58,714 nucleotides of DNA from IMG/VR virus record IMGVR_UViG_3300043399_000459, positions 1-58,714 of that record. One strand, 5' to 3'. The notes beneath the pieces are model-generated. The model saw nothing but the letters and a program-made list of their open reading frames with translations. It ran no database searches and was not told the origin of the DNA. A program made the translations under genes and the position numbers. The DNA comes from a virus. Taxonomy: Duplodnaviria > Caudoviricetes. Positions 46,954 through 54,230 of the stretch are shown here, one piece after another (within the stretch, counting starts at the first letter, position 1; every line of letters begins with the position of its first letter).

Positions 46954-49900
46954 TCAGTCCTTGCGATAGCGATGGCACTCGAACCCTGTGGCCGCCAACG
47001 GCAGCCCCAGCGACCAACTCGGGTTCGTCGCCATCATGCCAGCCAACGCCTCCGCCGTGAAGTCCGGAGTGTCAGGCACCTCGCACACAAGCTCGTCGTG
47101 GACGCGCAGGACCACCGGATAGCCCGCCTGCTCGGCGCGGTAGAAGCCGACGAAGAACACGTCGCGGGCAGTAGCCTGCACAACATTCTCGCAGTTGTGC
47201 ACGATCATCGTGTCGCCGTTTTCGCCAGCCACCACAAACCTGCGAAGCGGCCCACTATTCACCAAATCGTAAACTTCCGCGATGTGTCGGGTGCCTCGAA
47301 CAGCCTGCTGTCCGGCACTCCGGTGTTCACTCGATAGTACAGCGTCGTCCGGTTCAGCCCCGATCGGTCTGCCGCTTCCGCAACTGTCATCCGGCCCCAT
47401 GGTGTGTTTATCGGTACGTTCGCCCGCCTGTTTCGGGCCTGCCTCGTGTACGTCGCCCAGACGCAGTTCTGCGGGCTGTATCCTGCGGAATTGTCGCGCC
47501 GCTCTAGCGTCAAGCCCTCCTTGTACGTCGGGCCCATGTCTGCCCAGAAGGCGGAGAAGGAGCGACGCCACTCTTCGCACACTTTGATACCGCGACCGCC
47601 GTAGTTTTTCCAAGCCTGATGCGTAGGCAGCGTGCAACGGTCGATCATGCTCCGCCAGACCGCAAAGGCCTTGTGGTGCGACATCCCGTGCGTCTTGCGC
47701 TTGGTCGATATGGTGTGCCGCTTCATGCACCCGCAGGACGCTTGCACGCCGCGCTTCTGCTGTTTTGTTATCTCGATCGCGGGGAGAATTATCTCTTTCC
47801 CGCATACGCAGCGGAGCGACCACAGTGATCGGCTGCCATCGCTGCCTTGGTAGATCAAAACCGTCAGGTATCCGAGTGTCTGCCCGCTCAAGTCCCTCGC
47901 TCTGTGATGCACGCACCCATCCTTCCGTAGACAGCACTTCATGGTCAGGCGTCATCCAAACGCCATTCAGACAGATTACCTCTTTAATACCCCTCCTGAC
48001 AAGACCCTCGTGCTCGACCCAAGCGCCCCCGTCCCAGAGCTTATGCGTTGTGCTGACATGTTCGATTGGCAGCCATCCGGCGTCTGTCAGTACTAGCGTC
48101 CCCTGTGCTAAGCACAGTTTGCCGTAGTATGTCTCCAGCCACTCCCACTTGCGCGTGAACTGGTTGACACCCTCGTAGAGGATCTTGCCGTCGTCGTTCA
48201 CGTGCATGTTGCGGTAGCATATGTAGCGGCCGCTCGGCAGCTTGCAGCGCACGTACATCGCGCCGTCTGGCCCCTCGCGGCGGTCGAACTGGACGTAGCC
48301 GCGCACGTCGTACGTGTCGCCCACCTCACCCCTGATCGCCTTGCGGCACGCCGCCTCGACGTCGTACCAGAAGGCCTTGGTCGCCGGGTGCGCCTTGCGC
48401 CAGCTCCAGACCACATCTTGCACCTCTTCATCGGACATAGCGTCAACACGAGTGCCGCCCATTTTGCGAAAGGCACCAACGGATCCACCAAATCCACAGT
48501 TATGGACTATCACCGGCCCTGCGTCAGTCAGGATCGCAAACCGATTTCGCGGCCCCACATTGGCAATGTCGTAGACGTTCTTCCAATTCGAGGATGCGGG
48601 CTTGTAGAACTGGGATGCGTCGACCGGGGTTACGATTGGCTCGCCGTCCGATGAAACGGAGATTACCCGGCTCGTAACCCCGGTCGACATCAATTCGATC
48701 AAGCTCGAGTTCTGGTCTATCCCAGCCATCAAGCGTGACAAGATACCTGAGAAAAGCTGCTCGATCTGTTCGCCACGGCTCAAAGACGCGGATGCCTCGA
48801 CTGCCGTAGTTGGTGTAGGCTTTGTCGTTCGGGTTGTGGCACCTGTTGAGGCAAGCGGAGATGCGATTGCACAAACGCCGTCTATGCTCGTCATCTGGGC
48901 ATACGTCTGCATAGCGGAACCACGCTTTTGTCCAACGCCCCGCTTTCTTTTTTGCGCAGCTATTGCAGCGGGTGCTGGCTCCGCGACGGATATTGTGGAT
49001 GTCGGTTCCGTACGGGCCTGCCCCGCAAGAACATTTAACAAGAACAGCTCTAAGTCCTCCGCGAGGGCCGAGATCAAAGCCAACGACTTCAAGCTCTCCG
49101 AACCTGTCGCCAATGCTTGGTCGCGGCAGTTCGGGAAGGTAGCGACCGTCTGGGCCGATTGCCAAGTCTCTCCGCACAAGATGAGATGATCCGGTGTTAT
49201 CTCCACTCCGTCTAGCTGGACGACTTGTCTCCGGCCTCGGTCCACTAGGCCTGTATTTGGCACCCACTCCACTCCGTCCCATAGCAAGTCCTCCGCTGTA
49301 ACCTCTGTAATCAGCTTTACGCCAGTTTTGGTAATAACGCGGGTACGGGGGCCTAGGCAAGCGAGTTCGGATACTTTTCCGGGGTTTTGCCGCTCGTCCT
49401 TCGTTATGTCGCCCGGATCCTTGCCGAGGATGCGCCCGGCGGTGACCTTGTAGAGGTCCGGCCCCTCGCCCCGGTCGTACGCCTTGAAGGCCTCGATCTT
49501 CCACTGCTCGCCCGCCAGCCACGCCAGCACGCGCCCCTCGATGTTCGACAGGTCTGCGATCACGAACTTCTTGCCCGGCTCGGCCACGAGGCAGCCGCGC
49601 ACGGCCATGGAGCAGCGCTCGCTGACATTGCCCCACAGGATGTCGTCGCAGTCCGCCTTGAACGCCGCGACGGTCATCTCCTGTACGTCGCCGTCGAACC
49701 AGTCGGGTGTCCTAGGTAAATTTTGCGGCTGGAAAATACGACCCGCGTCCCTGAGAGTACGTGATGCGCCGCCGTACTGCACGGTTCCCCTAAGCCGCCC
49801 GTCACTCGACACTGCGCCGAGCAAAGCCTTGTACTTCGACGGGCTGGTGGCTGCCGCCTGCTGGCGCATCTTGAGCAGCTTGCGCACCTCTGCGGGCAGC

Positions 49901-50703
49901 TCACCGGCAAGCAGCTTCCCGACGTCGTCCTTGGTCAGGCCCTCGGCGTTGACGCCCAGCTCCGCCATGCGGGCGAGGAGCGCGTTGCGCTGCGTGGTCG
50001 AGCCCAGAGCGCCGCCGGTCAGAAGGGCGGTAGCGTCGGCCAGAGATCGAGAAGCTCGTTCAAAAGCTCGGAGAGCGGATCGGGCGAGTTCTCGGTCGAC
50101 GGCGATACCACTGTCAGAAGTTCTTTGGTCGAGTAGCCAGAACTGGCGCTCAGCCCGATTACAATTCCAATCCGGCAGCCGTCGATATACGGATCGCATC
50201 GCGTCCACATCGAGGCGGGCGTATTCGATGAACCTTTCCCACTCATCCGGGTGCGTCTCCCGCGTAGCTCTGCGAAGCTTCTGGTTCTTGGGCCGGGGCT
50301 TCGAGAACAGTTGTATCAGCTTCTTGCCGTCCTTGTCCTTAGCCTTGTCGGTAGGCACCTCGAGGACGTCACAGAGTTGACCCAGAGACGCAGGCAGCGC
50401 GTGTTGGAGCGCAATTACCATGGTGTCCGTGATTTTATCCACAGGAATATGCACGCCGCGGTGGCGCAGCACGGTGCGGTCAAAGGCGCTGTTGTGGATC
50501 ACGACCTCGTCCGCCGTGTCGATCATGAGCTGCACTGGACCCTTGGCGGCCTGCCAGTCGTCGCTCGTGTCAAGCACCGTCACAGGCTCGTCGTCCCACG
50601 CGTACGCCACCAGCAAGATCTCGGCGTCCTCGGCATAGCGGTGCGCGCCGTGCTTGATGGGGGTGTCGGAGTAGGTCTCGAGGTCAAGATACAGTGTAGA
50701 CAA
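46954..50703 (-). CDS. Family A DNA polymerase precursor with two inteins (about 655 aa mature)
   Basis: LDLET exonuclease motif, HNSAFD, QPQNLPR, DLSNIEGR (motif A), RQ..GKVSEL (motif B), VHDE (motif C). Confidence 0.95.
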   Translation of the reverse strand: MSTLYLDLETYSDTPIKHGAHRYAEDAEILLVAYAWDDEPVTVLDTSDDWQAAKGPVQLMIDTADEVVIHNSAFDRTVLRHRGVHIPVDKITDTMVIALQHALPASLGQLCDVLEVPTDKAKDKDGKKLIQLFSKPRPKNQKLRRATRETHPDEWERFIEYARLDVDAMRSVYRRLPDWNCNRAERQFWLLDQRTSDSGIAVDRELARSALRAFERASRSLADATALLTGGALGSTTQRNALLARMAELGVNAEGLTKDDVGKLLAGELPAEVRKLLKMRQQAAATSPSKYKALLGAVSSDGRLRGTVQYGGASRTLRDAGRIFQPQNLPRTPDWFDGDVQEMTVAAFKADCDDILWGNVSERCSMAVRGCLVAEPGKKFVIADLSNIEGRVLAWLAGEQWKIEAFKAYDRGEGPDLYKVTAGRILGKDPGDITKDERQNPGKVSELACLGPRTRVITKTGVKLITEVTAEDLLWDGVEWVPNTGLVDRGRRQVVQLDGVEITPDHLILCGETWQSAQTVATFPNCRDQALATGSESLKSLALISALAEDLELFLLNVLAGQARTEPTSTISVAEPAPAAIAAQKRKRGVGQKRGSAMQTYAQMTSIDGVCAIASPLASTGATTRTTKPTPTTAVEASASLSRGEQIEQLFSGILSRLMAGIDQNSSLIELMSTGVTSRVISVSSDGEPIVTPVDASQFYKPASSNWKNVYDIANVGPRNRFAILTDAGPVIVHNCGFGGSVGAFRKMGGTRVDAMSDEEVQDVVWSWRKAHPATKAFWYDVEAACRKAIRGEVGDTYDVRGYVQFDRREGPDGAMYVRCKLPSGRYICYRNMHVNDDGKILYEGVNQFTRKWEWLETYYGKLCLAQGTLVLTDAGWLPIEHVSTTHKLWDGGAWVEHEGLVRRGIKEVICLNGVWMTPDHEVLSTEGWVRASQSEGLERADTRIPDGFDLPRQRWQPITVVAPLRMRERDNSPRDRDNKTAEARRASVLRVHEAAHHIDQAQDARDVAPQGLCGLAEHDRPLHAAYASGLEKLRRSRYQSVRRVASLLLRLLGRHGPDVQGGLDARAARQFRRIQPAELRLGDVHEAGPKQAGERTDKHTMGPDDSCGSGRPIGAEPDDAVLSSEHRSAGQQAVRGTRHIAEVYDLVNSGPLRRFVVAGENGDTMIVHNCENVVQATARDVFFVGFYRAEQAGYPVVLRVHDELVCEVPDTPDFTAEALAGMMATNPSWSLGLPLAATGFECHRYRKD
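47194..48114 (-). mobile_element. Intein 2 in DNA polymerase (307 aa)
   Basis: YGKL|CLAQGT...TPDH...VYDL...IVHN|CENVVQ. Confidence 0.92.
47259..47912 (-). CDS. HNH homing endonuclease in the +1 frame inside intein 2
   Basis: CVCG...SCGC...HGMS...WRSMIDRC...YGGRGIKVCEEW...LERRDNSAGYSPQNCVWAT...Q.RNRR plus HTH; AAGGA 7 nt before GTG 47912. Confidence 0.85.
   Translation of the reverse strand: MHHRARDLSGQTLGYLTVLIYQGSDGSRSLWSLRCVCGKEIILPAIEITKQQKRGVQASCGCMKRHTISTKRKTHGMSHHKAFAVWRSMIDRCTLPTHQAWKNYGGRGIKVCEEWRRSFSAFWADMGPTYKEGLTLERRDNSAGYSPQNCVWATYTRQARNRRANVPINTPWGRMTVAEAADRSGLNRTTLYYRVNTGVPDSRLFEAPDTSRKFTIW
48499..49359 (-). mobile_element. Intein 1 in DNA polymerase motif B (287 aa)
   Basis: SELA|CLGPRT...TPDH...VYDI...IVHN|CGFGG. 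Confidence 0.92.
48524..49282 (-). CDS. HNH homing endonuclease in the +2 frame inside intein 1 (start ATG 49282 or TTG 49165)
   Basis: GDRFGELEV...CSCG...CNSC...RCHNP...NYGSRGI...LDRIDVDRGYEPGNLRF; GGAGG before 49282 and GGAG before 49165. Confidence 0.82.
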   Translation of the reverse strand: MGRSGVGAKYRPSGPRPETSRPARRSGDNTGSSHLVRRDLAIGPDGRYLPELPRPSIGDRFGELEVVGFDLGPRGGLRAVLVKCSCGAGPYGTDIHNIRRGASTRCNSCAKKKAGRWTKAWFRYADVCPDDEHRRRLCNRISACLNRCHNPNDKAYTNYGSRGIRVFEPWRTDRAAFLRYLVTLDGWDRPELELDRIDVDRGYEPGNLRFIGRRANRNPGRRIPVLQARILELEERLRHCQCGAAKSVCDPD

Positions 50704-50706
50704 GAA

Positions 50707-50827
50707 AGCCCTCCTCTTTTGGAGAGGCGCGCAGCGGTTTCAGCAACACGAGGAGACCCCACGTTCCGCTGCGCACCTCACCAAAAGGGAGGGCTGCCGG
50801 TCCCAAGGCAGCAGGGACCGACAGCCC
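50707..50827 (-). promoter_or_regulatory. Structured polymerase leader: long RBS-sequestering hairpin plus a competing hairpin
   Basis: Arms 50707-50737 and 50766-50795 (about 28 bp); second stem 50791-50804 / 50814-50827 competes for GGGCT. Confidence 0.75.
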
Positions 50828-50838
50828 AAGGTATAGCG

Positions 50839-51093
50839 TCAGATAAGGTCCATGCCAAGCTCATCCGCGTAAAGGTTCAGGATAGCGTTGCGCTCCCTGA
50901 GATCGTCCGGCTTCAGCTTCCTGAGCCGCACGATTTCACGCATGATCTTGGCGTCGTATCCGACCGCCTTGGCCTCTGCGTAGACGTCCTTGACGTCGTC
51001 GGCGATGGCCTTCTTCTCCTCCTCCAGCCGCTCTACTCGCTCCACGAGCAGCCGGAGGCGGTCGTTCGCCGTGCTTTCGCGCCCCGTACTCAC
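50839..51093 (-). CDS. GapR/DUF2312 DNA-binding protein
   Basis: LRLLVERVERLEEEKKAIADDVKDVYAEAKAVGYD. Confidence 0.9.
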   Translation of the reverse strand: MSTGRESTANDRLRLLVERVERLEEEKKAIADDVKDVYAEAKAVGYDAKIMREIVRLRKLKPDDLRERNAILNLYADELGMDLI

Positions 51094-51674
51094 AGGATGT
51101 CATCCGCTTCAGCCTTGGCCTTCGCCAGCCCGGAGAACTCATCGGCACTGGCCGGTGACGACCCGCCGCCGAAGTTCTCACCCTCGCCAGTCAGCATAAT
51201 GCCGCGCAGCGAGCAGTTGATGCGGCGCCCCCATTTGTTGTCTTGGGCCCAGATCTCGACCGAGGCGTTGACCTTGGCCCCGCTGAACGCTTGGCGCTCG
51301 ATGTCGCCCTTGCCAGACAGCCCTTCGCCGTATTGGTTATAGACGCTGGGCTGGGTCTTGGCGTTGCGCGCGGACAGGTAGTGCGTGCCCTCAAAGCCCT
51401 GATACGCCTCGCCAGTCTTCTTCGAACGGTAGACCTTCTTGGCGAAGGCAACCTTGCCGTCTTCGATCAGCATGCCGAGGGTGGCGTCGGCTTTGTCCTT
51501 CCACGCCTCCTTGGCCTCTACCTTCATGGCGTCCTCAATGAGCTTCTGGTGCTCGCTGTTGGGCACGATCGGGAACTTGGCCCCGTATGCGGGCTCGCCT
51601 TCGCCGAAAGACTGCGGCTCGGCCAGAGCCGGAAAAGCCATCGTGACGCCCTTAAGCATGATCCTAGTAGCCAT
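51090..51674 (-). CDS. ssDNA-binding protein (DUF2815-like)
   Basis: AFPALAEP...YG...FSGA.VNA...WAQDN..G.RINCSL; acidic tail. Confidence 0.85.
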   Translation of the reverse strand: MATRIMLKGVTMAFPALAEPQSFGEGEPAYGAKFPIVPNSEHQKLIEDAMKVEAKEAWKDKADATLGMLIEDGKVAFAKKVYRSKKTGEAYQGFEGTHYLSARNAKTQPSVYNQYGEGLSGKGDIERQAFSGAKVNASVEIWAQDNKWGRRINCSLRGIMLTGEGENFGGGSSPASADEFSGLAKAKAEADDIL

Positions 51675-51692
51675 ATGTCAATTATCCACTTC

Positions 51693-52934
51693 TCAGTTTT
51701 CAGTCTTGAAAAGACCAGCGAAGTCATCGCTGGCCGATGGGACGGCAATTTCTTGCCGCCTGTCAGTGACCGGAGCCACAGACGGCTTTCCGGCAGACTG
51801 GGTGATGAGGCCCTGCGCCTTCTCCCAGCGTGCCGAAGTCAGAAGCTTCTCAGCCTTGGTCGGGCTGATCAGCGAATAGTCATACATCTCCTCGTGCTTC
51901 AGGCGGAACGACTTAAAGAGCTTCTCCACCGCCTTGTCGTCACTCCACTTGCGCGCGCCGCGCTTGCCGGTGACCAGCTTGAAGCCCTCGACGGGTTTGC
52001 CTGCCAGCAGGCGGCGCTCGACCTCTGCGCGCACGCCCTTGCACCAGTCCTCGACCAGCCCGACTTTGGCCATGGCGATCGACAGGTAGTTGTCGCCCGT
52101 CTGGCTGTCCGGCACCTCCGGCAGGAACTGCGCGAAGTCCTCGGCGGTCGCGACGGACGATCCGCCCACGACTTCGGTGACCTCCGCACGCAGCGCCGGG
52201 CACGCCGCCTTGGCCTTGCAGAAGCGGCACTGCTTCTCGCCGGGGTTCAGGTACATCCAGTCGAGCTTGTCGTTCTGGGCAAGCACGTCCTGCGCGTCTC
52301 TGGCGATGTTGGCCGCCGCGCGCGCCTCTAAGCCGAACTCCTCCAACTGCGCGACCGGGATGCTCCACTCGCTCACGTGGTTCAGCCGCGGCTGGTGGAT
52401 CAGCATCGTGACGTAGGAGAAGTCCGAGATCAGGCCATACTCGTGCAGCGCGCCGAGGGCGTACATCTGCGTCTGCTCGTTGTCCTCAGCCAGCACCTGC
52501 ACGCCCATGCCGTACTTCAGGTCGATGACCTCGATCGCCTCTTGATCGTAGTCGATGATCACGGCGTCGCTCGTGCCGGTCGCGCCCTCCTCGCCCGTGA
52601 TGTGGCCGATCGGCAGCTTCTGTTCGACTAGCAGCGTCTTGCCCGCCGCGCGCTCGCGGACCAGCTTGACGTAGTCGTCGACGTGCGCCGCCATGTCAGG
52701 CGTGACGGGCCACGAGACGCGCTTGCCGTGGTCGTCGAACTCGATGTCGCGGCCGACGTAGTCACGCGCGGCGCTGTCAGGGTCGTTGAGGACCCGCGCC
52801 GCCAACTCGTGCGCCGCGGTGCCCTCGCGGGCGTAGCTGCTGCTCGTGTCGGGTATGCCCTCCGACAGCGCGACGCTGCCGGGGCACGCCATCCACCTAG
52901 AGGCCCCCGAGGGGCTGAGCTTGGCGTGCGCCAT
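51693..52934 (-). CDS. DUF2800 Cas4-like PD-(D/E)xK nuclease
   Basis: HAKLSPS...WMACPGS, GTAAHE, GTSD, IDLKYG, QCRFC..K..C. Confidence 0.88.
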   Translation of the reverse strand: MAHAKLSPSGASRWMACPGSVALSEGIPDTSSSYAREGTAAHELAARVLNDPDSAARDYVGRDIEFDDHGKRVSWPVTPDMAAHVDDYVKLVRERAAGKTLLVEQKLPIGHITGEEGATGTSDAVIIDYDQEAIEVIDLKYGMGVQVLAEDNEQTQMYALGALHEYGLISDFSYVTMLIHQPRLNHVSEWSIPVAQLEEFGLEARAAANIARDAQDVLAQNDKLDWMYLNPGEKQCRFCKAKAACPALRAEVTEVVGGSSVATAEDFAQFLPEVPDSQTGDNYLSIAMAKVGLVEDWCKGVRAEVERRLLAGKPVEGFKLVTGKRGARKWSDDKAVEKLFKSFRLKHEEMYDYSLISPTKAEKLLTSARWEKAQGLITQSAGKPSVAPVTDRRQEIAVPSASDDFAGLFKTEN

Positions 52935-53383
52935 TAGAGGGCGTCCGACAGGGCGTTGCACAGCTCCGGCCAGCGGGCCTCGTCGACCTCAGAGGCGCGC
53001 GCCGCGCCGAACTGGCTGAGGATCTCGATGGCGACGTCCTTGCCCTTCTCCTTGGCCACGCGCAGCACCAGAGGCGTGACGTCCTTGTCGAAGTCGAGAA
53101 CAGGCGCGTCTGGCTCAGAAGGGGCAGGCGCACTTTCCACAGTCGGCGTATCCGGCTCGCTGCTCAAAGTCGCTGAGGGGGCCTCCACAGTCGACGCAGG
53201 TGGCGCGTTTCCCGCCTCTTCCTTCTTCGCCTTGGCGGCCTTCGGCTTGGCGGGAGCCGCGTCGCGGATCTCAGGCATCACAGGGTCGGACGGCGCCGCG
53301 GTGTGGAACTGGCTGGCCATGGCCAGAAGCTTGCCGCCCAGCTCGCTCATGGTGTCGGCGGTAATCTCAATACGGTAGGTCAT
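52934..53383 (-). CDS. Hypothetical protein (usual DUF2800 neighbour)
   Basis: Pro/Ala linker; ILSQFGA...SEV C-terminal domain. Confidence 0.75.
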   Translation of the reverse strand: MTYRIEITADTMSELGGKLLAMASQFHTAAPSDPVMPEIRDAAPAKPKAAKAKKEEAGNAPPASTVEAPSATLSSEPDTPTVESAPAPSEPDAPVLDFDKDVTPLVLRVAKEKGKDVAIEILSQFGAARASEVDEARWPELCNALSDAL

Positions 53384-53396
53384 GTCTTCTCCTCTG

Positions 53397-53606
53397 TCAG
53401 GCTGTGCGCCACACGCGGCCGACGTCGCCGGTCGTGCGTGTCACGAAATTGCAGCCGGGGTTGCGGCGCTTTAAGTTGTTAATGGTGATGCGGACATTCT
53501 GAAGCTTATCAAGAGGCAGCACGAAGCTGTCTCCGACCTCCATCACCTTCAGGGGGTAGTTCTCGCGCGTCGCCGGCATAGGCACATTCTTCTCGATCAC
53601 GTACAT
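53397..53606 (-). CDS. Small DNA-binding protein (DUF7303-like)
   Basis: IEKNVPMP...YPL..MEVGDSF...RVWR. Confidence 0.75.
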   Translation of the reverse strand: MYVIEKNVPMPATRENYPLKVMEVGDSFVLPLDKLQNVRITINNLKRRNPGCNFVTRTTGDVGRVWRTA

Positions 53607-53619
53607 GTCAAGCTCCTCC

Positions 53620-53799
53620 TCAGAAGTTCCAGCAGGTGGCAGAATAGCGCTTGGCGATATCACGCGCCTCGCGCTTGCCGCTTACGTTGAAGCCGAGCAC
53701 CTTGGTGCGGCGACCGTCGATGATCCGGTTCAGGATCACCGTGGCCCCAGACCTACTGGTCCGGGGATAGAACTCGGCGGCGAGGATGTTGCAGATCAT
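53620..53799 (-). CDS. 59-aa hypothetical protein
   Basis: Hand-translated; ends ATCWNF. Confidence 0.6.
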   Translation of the reverse strand: MICNILAAEFYPRTSRSGATVILNRIIDGRRTKVLGFNVSGKREARDIAKRYSATCWNF

Positions 53800-53809
53800 G
53801 CCGGCCCCC

Positions 53810-54121
53810 TTACGCCTTGCGAGCCACGACCTTGAGGGTCGTGTAGCCCTTAGTGACCTTCTGGTTCTTGCTGAACCAGCGGCCGTCTACACCCAACTCG
53901 CGCAGCTTGGCCTCGGCGGCCTTGACGTCGAGCGACTGGCGCTCCGCGACTTCCGAGACAGATGCGCGGAAGGTGTCGCCGTCGTGCGCGCCAACGCCGA
54001 GGGCCTTGATCTCCTCGATCAGGAAAGCCTCGATGTCCTTGAGGCGGGCGATCTCGGCCTTGACGTCGCCGAGGCGATCGACGGGCGAGACATTTGCGAT
54101 AAAGGTGGGTGCAGTTGCCAT
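53810..54121 (-). CDS. Hypothetical protein
   Basis: First gene after promoter copy 5; GAGGA RBS. Confidence 0.8.
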   Translation of the reverse strand: MATAPTFIANVSPVDRLGDVKAEIARLKDIEAFLIEEIKALGVGAHDGDTFRASVSEVAERQSLDVKAAEAKLRELGVDGRWFSKNQKVTKGYTTLKVVARKA

Positions 54122-54142
54122 GGTAGAGTTCCTCGTATGTGT

Positions 54143-54185
54143 GTTGCTGAGAAGCCCCAGTTAGCAGTTACACGGTAGGTTGCAA
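54143..54185 (-). promoter_or_regulatory. Early promoter/leader motif, copy 5
   Basis: TTGCAA-N16-TAACTG-GGGCTTCTCAGCAAC. Confidence 0.75.
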
Positions 54186-54230
54186 TCCCCTATTTGCAAA
54201 AGTTTGCAAAAAGATTGTATGCGCCTGTAA

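Noticed and set aside
47194-49359. Out-of-frame HNH domains as sequencing frameshift errors
   Set aside because: This would need paired compensating indels in both inteins, plus about 200 stop-free codons by chance twice. Internal SD/start signals are present. Reads should still be checked.
51693-52934. Cas4-like nuclease as a CRISPR component
   Set aside because: It is the standard DUF2800 gene of the DUF2800-DUF2815-PolA replication module, and there is no array.
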